Source: Dendrobates tinctorius (Eukaryota). Taken from it: a DNA stretch of 64,000 nt. Shown here piece after piece: positions 11,200-21,199 of this stretch. A program made the position numbers and the translations under genes. The notes under the pieces were generated by a model. It made no database searches, was not told the origin of the DNA, and saw nothing but the letters and a program-made list of their open reading frames with translations. Positions within the stretch are counted from its first letter, which is position 1. The number at the start of each line of letters is the position of its first letter. Where the stretch lies: assembly GCF_039654945.1 (NCBI RefSeq), contig NW_027361684.1:32240001-32304000 (forward strand), written 5' to 3'.

Positions 11200-11706
11200 A
11201 TTGAGGCTACAAAGACTTAGAGTGGTTGAGGGCATATTCTATAAGTAGTAACAGCTTATTGTCATATTCCAGTGATTGTTACCAAAAATGATCAAGCAGA
11301 AAAATAATGCAGACATAGAAGTGATAGAGTGGAAATTCAATGTAGGTATGCTTTATAAGAATTTTCCAGGCTATATTCTCTTGGCTGTGCACCTGCATGG
11401 ATGTGAACGGTGAGTAGATTAACAAATACATGTTGTATAGGGATAGACCTGCATTATAGCAATATTGCTATAAAAGCAATATATTCAGTGTTTGTGAAAT
11501 ATTATAGTCTACTTCCAATTCAACAACTGGGGCAGCAGAAAAGATTCTTTACAATAAAGATGGTGAAATAATGAATTATTATTTTTTTACCACAGGAAAG
11601 ATGTATATCTTTGTACCGTGTTAGCCAGTAGATAGAAAAATATTCAGGATTGAGGGTCCTCAGTAGTTGATACGTTTTAATGGCTAACTGAAAAGATGGT
11701 AACACA

Positions 11707-11746
11707 TTGCAAGCTTTCGAGACTACTCAGGTCTCTTCATCAGGCG
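11707..11746 (-). ncRNA. Penelope-associated minimal hammerhead motif
   Basis: GC-CTGATGA-AGAGAC-CTGAGTA-GTCTC-GAAA-GCTT-GCAA. Confidence 0.7.
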
Positions 11747-12305
11747 AGACTAATACAAAATCTGAAGTCACATATTTATGCACAATACAGCCTAGGAAAA
11801 ATGCAATAGATAAGACAAGTGACGTGAAGCAGAACTATCAATATGGGAGAGGGAGAAACATAAATATAAACATTGGACCAGTTCATAGATAAGGAGTCCG
11901 GATGTTTTATGGTCCTCTGATTGGGGTCTAGTTCTGTGTTGTGATGCCCCCACAAGGATTTAAAAGGAAATTCCTTAATTGATGTAAAAAGACATAAATT
12001 TGTACAAATTTATGACGAACTTTGACACTCTCAGTGCTGGAATGAATGTGTCGCATGGATTTATGTCTTTTTACATCAATTAAGGAATTTCCTTTTAAAA
12101 CCTTGCGGGGCAACACAGAACTAGACCCCAATCAGAGGACCATAAAACATCCAGACTCCTTATCTATGAACTGGTCCAATGTTTATATTTATGTTTCTCC
12201 CTCTCCCATATTGATAGTTCTGCTTCACGTCACTTGTCTTATCTATTGCATTTTTTCTAGGCTGTATTGTGCATAAATATGTGACTTCAGATTTTCTATT
12301 AGTCT

Positions 12306-12345
12306 AGCCTGATGAAGAGACCTGAGTAGTCTCGAAAGCTTGCAA
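12306..12345 (+). ncRNA. Penelope-associated minimal hammerhead motif
   Basis: GC-CTGATGA-AGAGAC-CTGAGTA-GTCTC-GAAA-GCTT-GCAA. Confidence 0.7.
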
Positions 12346-12961
12346 TGTGTTACCATCTTTTCAGTTAGCCATTAAAAGGTATAAACTACTGAGGACTCTC
12401 AATCCTGAATATTTTTCTATATTTTTACCAAAGTCTGGGAAATATTGAATCATGGCAAAAAAAAGGAAAAGAAAAGAAGTTTAAAAAAAAACGATAACAA
12501 GATACATATTCCATACAAGAAGATATGCATGAACTCTATCTAATTTATACTGTATATTCTCCTGTGTCAGGTACATAGCTTTTTTTGTTTTTACAGTTCT
12601 GAATTGCAGCTTTAAACTTGGGTGGGATTAAGCCAGGAAAAATAGTTTAACCCTTGTTTGTATAGAAAAGTCATGTACCTCTAAAGTCTACTGACAAGTA
12701 TAATTTACCACAACTTGGCTGCATTCTTCTTTTAACTTTCTCTCACTTTGGTTGATCCCTGTGACATAAATAAGTAGCCTTGTGGGCAGCATTTCACATT
12801 CCTTTCTCCTACTTCGAATCCTTCAGGTTCAAACTAAAGTCAATACTTGAAATGAGAAAATCTATTGCTCAACTCTCATAGCCATTTTTTTTTACACGGA
12901 GCAGAACAGGGTATAAATCACCTATTCTATCTGCCATCAGTAAATGAATATTTTTGTTCAG

Positions 12962-13061
12962 TCTGTTTGAAGAATTGGACATTGACCTGTTGGTAATTAA
13001 GTTACGGTCAGTCATAAGGATCTTCTTGATGCCTCTGTGGAATTATGTGACCTTTGATATA
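12962..13061 (+). other. Candidate 100-nt host exon
   Basis: TTTTTGTTCAG acceptor and GTAAGT donor; one open frame (LFEELDIDLLVIKLRSVIRIFLMPLWNYVTFDI); not recognised. Confidence 0.2.
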
Positions 13062-13417
13062 GTAAGTACACAAAGCTTTAGTGTGGAAAACGATTAAAAT
13101 ATTTTTTTTAATTAGGCCAAAATATATTTCAAAAATGTTTTCTACAAATGAAAGATATTAAAATCAAGTTTCTACTCGAAGTTAGACTATTAGATATGGA
13201 CATATCTATGCTACCATAAGCCAGCATACCATCTGGCTTGACTCAACCCCTTCTCATGGGAAGTCTTTTGTGTCATCACGATCCTATTGCAGCACGTCAC
13301 CTGTGATTCCTTTCAAACCAGCAAAATTAGATTTCAGTTTTCTCACATCCTCACTATAATGTACAATGGCCATGTGGCTATTGCACCGTCATGGGACACA
13401 AGATATCGTACTATCGG

Positions 13418-13456
13418 GCCTCCTGATGAGCCTACTCAGGCGAAACGCGTTGTGGC
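13418..13456 (+). ncRNA. Minimal hammerhead motif heading a probable non-coding Penelope-like segment (to ~14150)
   Basis: GCCTC-CTGATGA-GCCT-ACTC-AGGC-GAAAC-GC-GTT-GTGGC, followed by a T-rich tract ending in AATAAA at ~14134. Confidence 0.7.
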
Positions 13457-14529
13457 GTTAACCAATTGATGGCAGGTGGCGATAAACACAGATGAGTATT
13501 GCTGTAGCAGTTCTGTGTTTATCTTCTTATGTTTTAATGGGATGTTAATGAATCTAACAATGGGATACTATTGATATTTAATCTTTTGCCATACTGGTGA
13601 ATTAAGCCGCCAGTGTATTGATATATATTTCTTTCTACATTAAGAGATCTTATGTATGTGAGATTGTGGCAACATTGAATCTACTTAAAGTGTCCGGTTT
13701 TGACTCCCATTATTTTGTGCATGATGTCTCACTGTTGATATCCTATGTGGGGCACTGTAATGCAATTCAGTATCCAACTATACCACCTGATGCCATGTGT
13801 GTTCTATTTTTAACCTCTTTCTTTGGGACACAGGGTCCTCTTTAGAGCAGATTGGTCTCTGTCTAGTAATAGGGGCCCCCTTTATTATCGAGTAGAGGGA
13901 CCACTAGTGGTTGTAGGGTACATCAGGGCCCCTAGAGATAGTCATCGTTGAGCGGGGGCGCCAATAAGTTCCCCCCTAGGGTGCCAACCTCTGCGGACAG
14001 GCAGACTCAAGCTCAGGATTACATCAGGGATTCCTAGGTGTCACCTTAGTGTGGTCTCTGTTTGAACACTTTTTCTTTATTTTTTGGTCACTGTTTTTCT
14101 TTGGTGTGTTTACCACATTTGTGGTTTTTAACTAATAAAGTATCTTTTTAGGGGATATACATAGATGAGATTACTTTAGACCCTTTAAAAAATTATATTT
14201 GAGATTTCTGTGACAGTACCCACATGTCTGTGAGGTCATGGGTGATTTTCCCCTGACATGTGCATGGTGTGTTGAAGGACCGAAGTGGTGTAACATTATG
14301 GACATGGGTCCCGGTCCACAAATGCTGCACCACCAGCGCTTGTCTGACAATTTAGACCATACTATATATAGCTTAGTACACACAAGAAACACTTGTACCC
14401 ATTGAAAAAGGCTATGCGAAATGCACATCTGGGTTCATATGCTGGATATTTAATAGCAGAACATCAGGTGTAGAGTTTCACTCCAACATTAATGAAGTGA
14501 TCAAAAATAAAATATAAACTTTATTTATT

Positions 14530-14795
14530 CTCATACTATCCTTATTGAAAAAGTGAGCAAGTATGGAATTAATAAGGCTGCGGTTAGGTGGATTCATAAC
14601 TGGCTCAGTGATCACACTCAAACAGTGGTAATAATTGGTTTCACATCTAATTGGAAATATGTTTCAAGTGGGGTACCACAAGGCTCTGTCCTTGCTCCAG
14701 TATTGTTTAACATTTTTATAAATGATCTTGATAAGGGAACTGAAGGAAAACCAATCAAATTTGCAGACATTGCAAAAGGTAGGATGGATAGCTAA
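14530..14795 (+). pseudogene. CR1 LINE reverse transcriptase fragment
   Basis: VRWIHNWL...[24 protein letters not shown]...IKFAD. Confidence 0.88.
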
Positions 14796-15171
14796 TATTG
14801 ATGAACAAATGTGATCGGATAAGGAGTTATTCGAGCATGTTCATGTGCTACTTAGTAGGAAAATAGTTGAAGAATAGTTGGTGTGTTAATGTAAATAATC
14901 TAAGTACTTCCAGGTAGTGTATGTGTTCTGTCCTTACTAATGAACCGGGATTCATGTAGCGTATACAGGCAGCTAAACCGCAATACCGGGGGTCCAATAA
15001 GAAGACTGTAGGTTGAATCTGTGCTTTATTGAATGTGATGGTATATTGGTGTGGTGAAACTACAAGTAAACATATAATACAATCAGTACTGGGTTCATAG
15101 AAAAATATTCAGAATTGAGAGTCCTCAGTGGTTGATACCTTTTAATGGCTAACCGAAAAGATGGTAACACA

Positions 15172-15212
15172 TTGCAAGCTTTCGAGACTACTCAGGTCTC
15201 TTCATCAGGCAT
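15172..15212 (-). ncRNA. Penelope-associated minimal hammerhead motif
   Basis: ATGC-CTGATGA-AGAGAC-CTGAGTA-GTCTC-GAAA-GCTT-GCAA. Confidence 0.7.
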
Positions 15213-15435
15213 AGACTAATACAAAATTTGAAGAGTCACATATTTATGCACAATACAGCACAAAAAAAATGCAATAGATGAGACAAGTGACGTGAAGCAG
15301 AACTATCATTATGGGAGAGGGAGAAACATAAATATTGGACCAGTTCATATATAAGAGTCTGGATGTTTTATTGTCCTCTGATTGGGGTCTCCTAATGTGT
15401 TGTGATGCCCCCACATGGTCTTAGTAGCAAATTCC

Positions 15436-16176
15436 TTAATTGATGTAAAAAGACATAAATCCATGCGACACATTCTTTCCAGCATTGAGAGTGTCAAAGG
15501 TCATCATAAATTTATACTCACAGACTCTTCTCTCTCTCTGAGATGTGAAGTTACCTTTCAATACCAGTAATTTTATATCCATGTTGCTGTGATCAGGCAT
15601 ACAAAAATGTTTTGCCACAGGTAGATCCATTCTTTTTTCTCTTATTGTGTGACGATGAGCATTCATCCTTGTTCTAAGCTTTTGCCCTGTCTCCCCCACA
15701 TACAGACCCCCTGTTGGACATTTAGTACAAATAATTAAGTACACCACATTAGATGTAATGCAGCTGAAAGTACCTGGGATCTTGTAGTCCTGATGTGAAT
15801 TGGGGATCTTTATCTTGTCCATGGTCATTATAGTTGGACAGGTTTTACATTTTTTCTGGTTGCAAGGAAAGGTTCCTCCAGCTGTTGGAGAGGACAGGGA
15901 GCTTCTGACAATGATGCTTCTTAGATTTGGGGGCTGCCTAAAGCACAGTAGTGGGGGGTCTGGAAAAATGGATTGTAATCGGGCATCTTTTTGTAGTAAA
16001 GGTTGTAATTTCCGTGCAGCTCCCCTTAGCACTTCCAGATTTGGGTTGTAGGTGACTACTAGAGGCACCCGGTTATTTTCTTCTTTAGCTTTGTAATGTA
16101 GCACGTGATTCCTTGACATTTTGGTGGCTCTTGTAATTTGGTTTTCAATTGTTCTTGGATGGTAGCCCTGATTCAA
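15436..16176 (-). CDS. Penelope ORF C-terminus: Cys-rich linker + GIY-YIG endonuclease (5'-truncated)
   Basis: CNQKKCKTC, NVVYLIICTKC...LYVGETGQKLRTRMNAH, VAKHF, terminal G.N motif. Confidence 0.9.
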   Translation of the reverse strand: MNQGYHPRTIENQITRATKMSRNHVLHYKAKEENNRVPLVVTYNPNLEVLRGAARKLQPLLQKDARLQSIFPDPPLLCFRQPPNLRSIIVRSSLSSPTAGGTFPCNQKKCKTCPTIMTMDKIKIPNSHQDYKIPGTFSCITSNVVYLIICTKCPTGGLYVGETGQKLRTRMNAHRHTIREKRMDLPVAKHFCMPDHSNMDIKLLVLKGNFTSQRERRVCEYKFMMTFDTLNAGKNVSHGFMSFYIN

Positions 16177-16672
16177 AAAGGTTCCACGAACAGTTTAATC
16201 AATTTCATCCCACCATCAATTTAACACTCAACTACTCCAGCACTGAGATGAACTTTTTGGACACCATCATTAAGCTAAAAAACAATGAAATAGAGACATC
16301 CCTGTATCAGAAGCCAATCGACCGTCCAACATACCTTAAATGGGACAGTTTCCATCCAAAAAACATAAAGAACTCTATTATCTATAGCCAAGCCATCAGA
16401 TACAATCGTATATGTTCCAAACCCAAGGATAGAGACAAACACCTTGGTCACCTCAAAAAGACCTTTTTGTTGAATCAGGGCTACCATCCAAGAACAATTG
16501 AAAACCAAATTACAAGAGCCACCAGAATGTCAAGGAATCACCTGCTACATTACAAAGCAAAAGAAGAAAATAACCGGGTGCCTCTAGTAGTCACCTACAA
16601 CCCAAATCTGGAAGTGCTAAGGGGAGCTGCACGGAAATTACAACCTTTGCTACAAAAAGATGCCCGGTTACA
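16173..16672 (+). pseudogene. Penelope RT C-terminal/thumb fragment (inverted)
   Basis: FNQFHPTINLT...NFLD...LYQKPIDR...SFHP...SQAIRYNRICS; its 3' part is an inverted copy of ~15970-16180. Confidence 0.88.
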
Positions 16673-17452
16673 ATTATGTATGTTATGTTATGTTACCATC
16701 TTTTCAGTTAGCCATTAAAAGGTATCAACCACTGAGGACTCTCAATTCTGAATATTTTTCTATCTACTGGCTAACAAGGTACAAAGATATACAAAGATAT
16801 TTCCTGTATCATACTGGGTTCATAGGAATACATAATACACATAAGATAGATTATCTGCGCTAATAGCTAGCCAGGGGAGAGCTAACTGTTGTGAACTCCC
16901 TTGATTGGATTTCTGAGCCGAAGCTCCCTCTGCTCCTTCTGGTGGTTACTGAGAGTAGTGGAGCTGGCCAGGTGGATGGAGGTTCTCCACCTGACGATGA
17001 TAATTGGGAATCTGGGAATGCTGGCTGGGAGCATATAAAGGAGCTGGCTGCTCTTGAAGGTTGCTGGTGATTTTTTCCTCTGTGTGCATTTGGAGCTCTT
17101 TTGTCCCCTGCCTGATCTGCATGTTCAGCTAAGTGATTCTTTTGCTAATCCTTTGCATCTAATCTCGTTGTGTCTTTTTTTTGCTCTCTGTTTTGCTGTT
17201 AGGGTTCAGCGTGCTCCCTGCTGGGGGCAGCGCTAGGCCCTGCTTCATAAGTTGCAGCTTGTTCAGTCCCCTGTTATGTTTGTATATTTTTGCTTGCTGC
17301 CAGTTAATACCAGAGTGCTGATCTAGCGGGGGTGAGATCGTGTGATCTCAAGTGTTTCTGTATATCAGAAGTGTTGGGCTTTTTCAGGGTTTTGTGTGTG
17401 ATTGCAGACAGTACCTTTTTCTGTCCTGTCCTGTCTAGACTGCTTGGGCCCC

Positions 17453-18243
17453 TTTTGTGAGTTCATTTTCCCCTCCGTCACTGAGGCCTGGTGAACTCCC
17501 TATTCTAGTGAAGGAAGGTAGTGAGCCTGATTATCAGACACCTGGGACTAATGAAGACGATTGGCTGAGTGGAGTCACTGACTGGATTTAAGGCAGCCTA
17601 CGCCCTTTCTGCCCTGCGGGTGATTTCTCTGTGGACTCTTGGACACCAGTCTGATTCCTGCTCTCCTAAAGCTAAGTTTTCTGTTTTGCCTTTTGCATCT
17701 AAGATTTGTTTTTGTTTTTCTTGCTTTTTGGATTCTGCCACTCCCTGCTGGAGTGTGCAGTGTTCCTTGAGCTCTGTCTTCTGAAAGTACCTGAGCGCTG
17801 ATTTAGTTTTTGAAGCTTAGTTGCTTCAGGGCCATTTTTATATCAGCTTGTTGGCTTTTGTCTCTGATAGGGTTTTGGCAGATTGCAGACAGCAGCCTTC
17901 CTATCCGTTCCTATCTAGGTAGTTTTTGGGCCCCGTCTTTGCTCAGCCTGTCTTTCTGTCTGTGTAAGTGTTTTCATCTTGCTTCACCGTCATTATATGT
18001 GGGGGGCTGCCTATTGCTTTGGGGTCTGCTCTGGGGCAGTTAGATTTCCCCTTTCCTTCTTTAGGCCTATGTATCTCTCCGACTGTGATCGAGGGGTCTA
18101 GGTCATCGTAGGAACCCCCCACGGCTACTGCTAGTTGTGTTGATAGGTTCAGGGGTCTGCAATCTGATAGTTGCCAACTTCTCTGGTTTTCAGGACTTAG
18201 CTAGCATTTTGTTTTTGCCTCCTACGGTGACTCAATCATAACA
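17453..18243 (+). mobile_element. Solo LTR of family B inserted in LTR A
   Basis: Homologous to 19430-20231; 6-bp TSD GGCCCC at 17447-17452 and 18244-18249. Confidence 0.87.
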
Positions 18244-18473
18244 GGCCCCACCGTTTGCTCAGTCTGTCCTCTGCCAGTTTTTGGGTCTCATCTTGTCTCA
18301 CCGACAATATATGTTTGGGGGCTGTCTATTCCTTTGGGGATCTGCTCCTGGGCAGTTTAGATTTCATCTTTCTGTCTTTAGGCTTAGTTAGTCCTCCAGC
18401 TGTGATGAAGTGTCTAGGGCATCGTAGGAACGCTCCACAGCTACTGCTAGTTGTGTGGATAGGAACAGAGGTC

Positions 18474-20231
18474 TGTTGTGAGTTCATTTTCCCCTTCGTC
18501 ACTGAGGTCTGGTAAGCTCCCTATTCTGGTAAAGGAAGGTAATGAGCCTGATTATCAGGCACCTGAGTCTAATGATGATGACTGGCTGAGTGGAGTCACG
18601 GACTGGATATAAGGCTGCCGATGCCCTTCTGCCCTGCGGCTGACTTCTCTGTGGACTTCTAGGAAACCAGTCTGATTCCTGCTCCTCTAAAGCTAAGTTT
18701 TCTGCTTTGCCTTTTTTTTGCCCTTGGCCGAATTTGCTTTAAATAATAGAGCTAATTCTGCCACTTTGATGTCACCTTTTTTTGTAACTTTGGGTTTCAT
18801 CCTCGATTTTCTTCAGGGCAGGTGGAGCCTTCTGCCTGCCCAGGTGTTGACACTGTGGTGGAGAGAATGCACCATATCTGGGACCAATTGGTGGATAAGT
18901 TATCTTTCTCCCAGGAAAAGGCCCAGCGGTTTTCCAATCGACATAGGACCATTGGTCCCCAGTTTAAGATTGGTGATATGGTGTGGTTATCATCAAAAAA
19001 TATTGCTATGAAGGTGGCTTCTCCTAAGTTTAAGCCTAGATTTATTGGACCTTACAAGATTTTGGAGATTATTAATCCGGTCTCTTTTCGTTTGGCTCTC
19101 CCTGTCACATTTAAAATCCATAATGTGTTCCATAAGTCCTTGTTGAAGAGGTTTGTTGAACCAGTTGTTCCTGGGGTGGCACCTCCGGACCCTGTATTGG
19201 TGGAAGGTAACATGGAATATGAGGTAGAGAAAATACTGGATTCCCGTCTGGCTAGACGGAGACTCCAGTATTTGGTTAAGTGGAAGGGTTATGGTCAGGA
19301 GGATAATTCCTGGGTCTCTGCCTCTGATATTCATGCCAAAAGATTGGTGCGTGCCTTTCATCGGGCTCACCCTGATCGCCCTGGAGGCGTGGTTGAGGGT
19401 TCGGTGACCCCTCCTCAAGGGGGAGGTACTGTTGTGAGTTCATTTTCCCCTTCGTCAATGAGGTCTGGTGAACTCCCTATTCTGGTAAAGGAAGGTAATG
19501 AGCCTGATTATCAGGCACCTGAGTCTAATGATGATGACTGGCTGAGTGGAGTCACGGACTGGATATAAGGCTGCCGACGCCCTTCTGCCCTGTGGGTGAC
19601 TTCTCTGTGGACTTCTAGGAAACCAGTCTGATTCCTGCTCCTCTAAAGCTAAGTTTTCTGCTTTGCCTTTTAGCATTTGTGTTTTGTTTTTGTTTGCCTT
19701 GCTTTTCTGGATTCTGCCATTCCCTGCTGGGGTGAGCTGATTCTTCTTTTGCCTGTTGCTCTGTCTTCAGAATATTCCTGAGTACTGACATAGTATTTTT
19801 GAAGCCTAGCGTCTTCAGGGCCTTTTTCACTGTCAGTCTGTTGGTTCTTATTTTCATAGGGTTTTTCACGGATTGCAGACAGCAGCCTTCCTGTCCTTTC
19901 CTATCTTGTTAGCTTGGGCCCCGTCTTTGCTCAGTCTATCTTTCTGTCTGTGTTGTGTTTTCTTCTTGCTTCACCGTCATTATATGTGGGGGGCTGCCTT
20001 TTGCTTTGGGGTCTGCTCTGGGGCAGTTTAGATTTCCCTTTCTGTCTTTAGGCCTATGTATCTCTCCGACTGTGATCGAGAGGTCTAGGGCATCGTAGGA
20101 ACCCCCCACGGCTACTGCTAGTTGTGTTGATAGGTTCAGAGGTCTGCAATCCGATAGATGCCAACCTCTCTGGTTTTCTGGACTTAGCTAGCATTTCTGT
20201 TTTTGCCTCCTACGGTGATTCAATCATAACA
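18474..20231 (+). mobile_element. Internally deleted chromovirus B (partial 5' LTR, INT C-terminus + chromodomain, PPT, full 3' LTR 19430-20231)
   Basis: 6-bp TSD GAGGTC at 18468-18473 and 20232-20237; PPT AAGGGGGAGGTAC at 19417-19429. Confidence 0.87.
18718..19568 (+). pseudogene. Integrase C-terminus with GPY/F motif and chromodomain
   Basis: LPLAEFALNN; KFKPRFIGPYKI; YEVEKILDSRLARRRLQYLVKWKGYGQEDNSWV. Confidence 0.92.
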
Positions 20232-20323
20232 GAGGTCTGCAATCCACTTAGTTACCAACCTCTCTGGTCTTATGGTGGCTTAGCCTGTTCCTGCCATCTT
20301 CCTTGGTGACCCATTCATAACAG

Positions 20324-20333
20324 AATCACCAGC
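20324..20333 (+). promoter_or_regulatory. Putative self-priming PBS (Tf1-type)
   Basis: AATCACCAGC is the exact complement of GCTGGTGATT at 17063-17072, ~25-30 nt downstream of the TATA box; no TGG tRNA-type PBS is present. Confidence 0.65.
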
Positions 20334-20459
20334 CTAACCACAGACTCTAGGGTACTCAAAAGAAGGAAAGAACTGTAAAGAAAAAAAGTGTCAGAATTTT
20401 TTTTTTATATATTTTTTCCTCTTTTTCTCTGGGGCCATAGGAGGATTTTTTTTTCTTTA

Positions 20460-21030
20460 ATGGAAACTAAGCAATTATCCCATCATGTTGAGCAGCTCGC
20501 TGCTGAAGTGCAGGGAATTTCTGCCTATCTTGCTCAATCATCTGCTGTAGAACCAAAGATCCTCCTGATGTATTTTCTGGGGATCGGTCTAAATTTTTGA
20601 ATGTCAATAATAACTGTAAACTATTTCTTGCTTTGAAGCCTAATTCATTGGGGAGCTCGGTGCAGCAGATTAAAATTGTCATCTCACTGCTGCGCGGTGA
20701 TCCCCAGGATTGGGCTTTTTCTCTGACACCTGGAGATCCTATTCTGGCTAATGTGGATGCGTTTTTTCAGGCCCTGGGGTTGTTGTATGATGAACCTAAT
20801 ACTATTGATCAAGCTGAGAAGACCTTATTGGCATTGAACCAGGGTCAGGATGCTGCGGAGTTATACTGCCAGAAGTTCTGAAAGTGAGCGGTCCTTACTA
20901 AATGGAATGATGATGCCCTAGCAGCTCTCTTTCGGAAAGGTCTGTCAGAAACTGTAAAAGATGTTATGGTGGGATTTCCAGTGAACAAACTTTTCAACAC
21001 ATGCAATGTGATAGGGTTCTGTCTAGGACG
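20460..21030 (+). pseudogene. Sushi/PEG10-like gag (disrupted)
   Basis: VEPKI...FSGDRSKF; NNCKLFLALKP...IVISLLRGDPQDWAF; QGQDAAELYCQKF. Confidence 0.8.
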
Positions 21031-21199
21031 CAACGTCAAGAGTTTAGAAGGCGTAATAAGTTTTGCTTCTTTTGTGGAGACGCCTCTCATGTTATTTCTG
21101 TCTTCCCTAAATGAGAAAAACGTTTTGCTCACGCATTTGCGGTGGGCAGTGTACAGCCTAAGTTCCTTTTGGCGGTTACCTTGATCTGCTCCTTGTCTA

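Larger units (their letters stand above)
11593..12421. mobile_element. Penelope pseudo-LTR fold-back insertion
   Basis: Inverted arms ~11631-11999 and ~12059-12421, homologous to 15101-15460. Includes the ORF end ...VSHGFMSFYIN*. TSD TTTTTACCA at 11584-11592 and 12422-12430. Confidence 0.88.
15101..16811. mobile_element. Penelope-like retroelement, rearranged with internal inversion
   Basis: 14-bp TSD TACTGGGTTCATAG at 15087-15100 and 16812-16825. Contains a minus-strand GIY-YIG ORF plus pLTR, a plus-strand RT piece and a plus-strand tail. Confidence 0.92.
16887..20322 (+). repeat. 5' LTR of element A, in three pieces (16887-17452, 18244-18473, 20232-20322)
   Basis: The joined pieces are collinear with the uninterrupted 3' LTR remnant 23908-24281; TATAAA at 17034. 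Confidence 0.85.
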
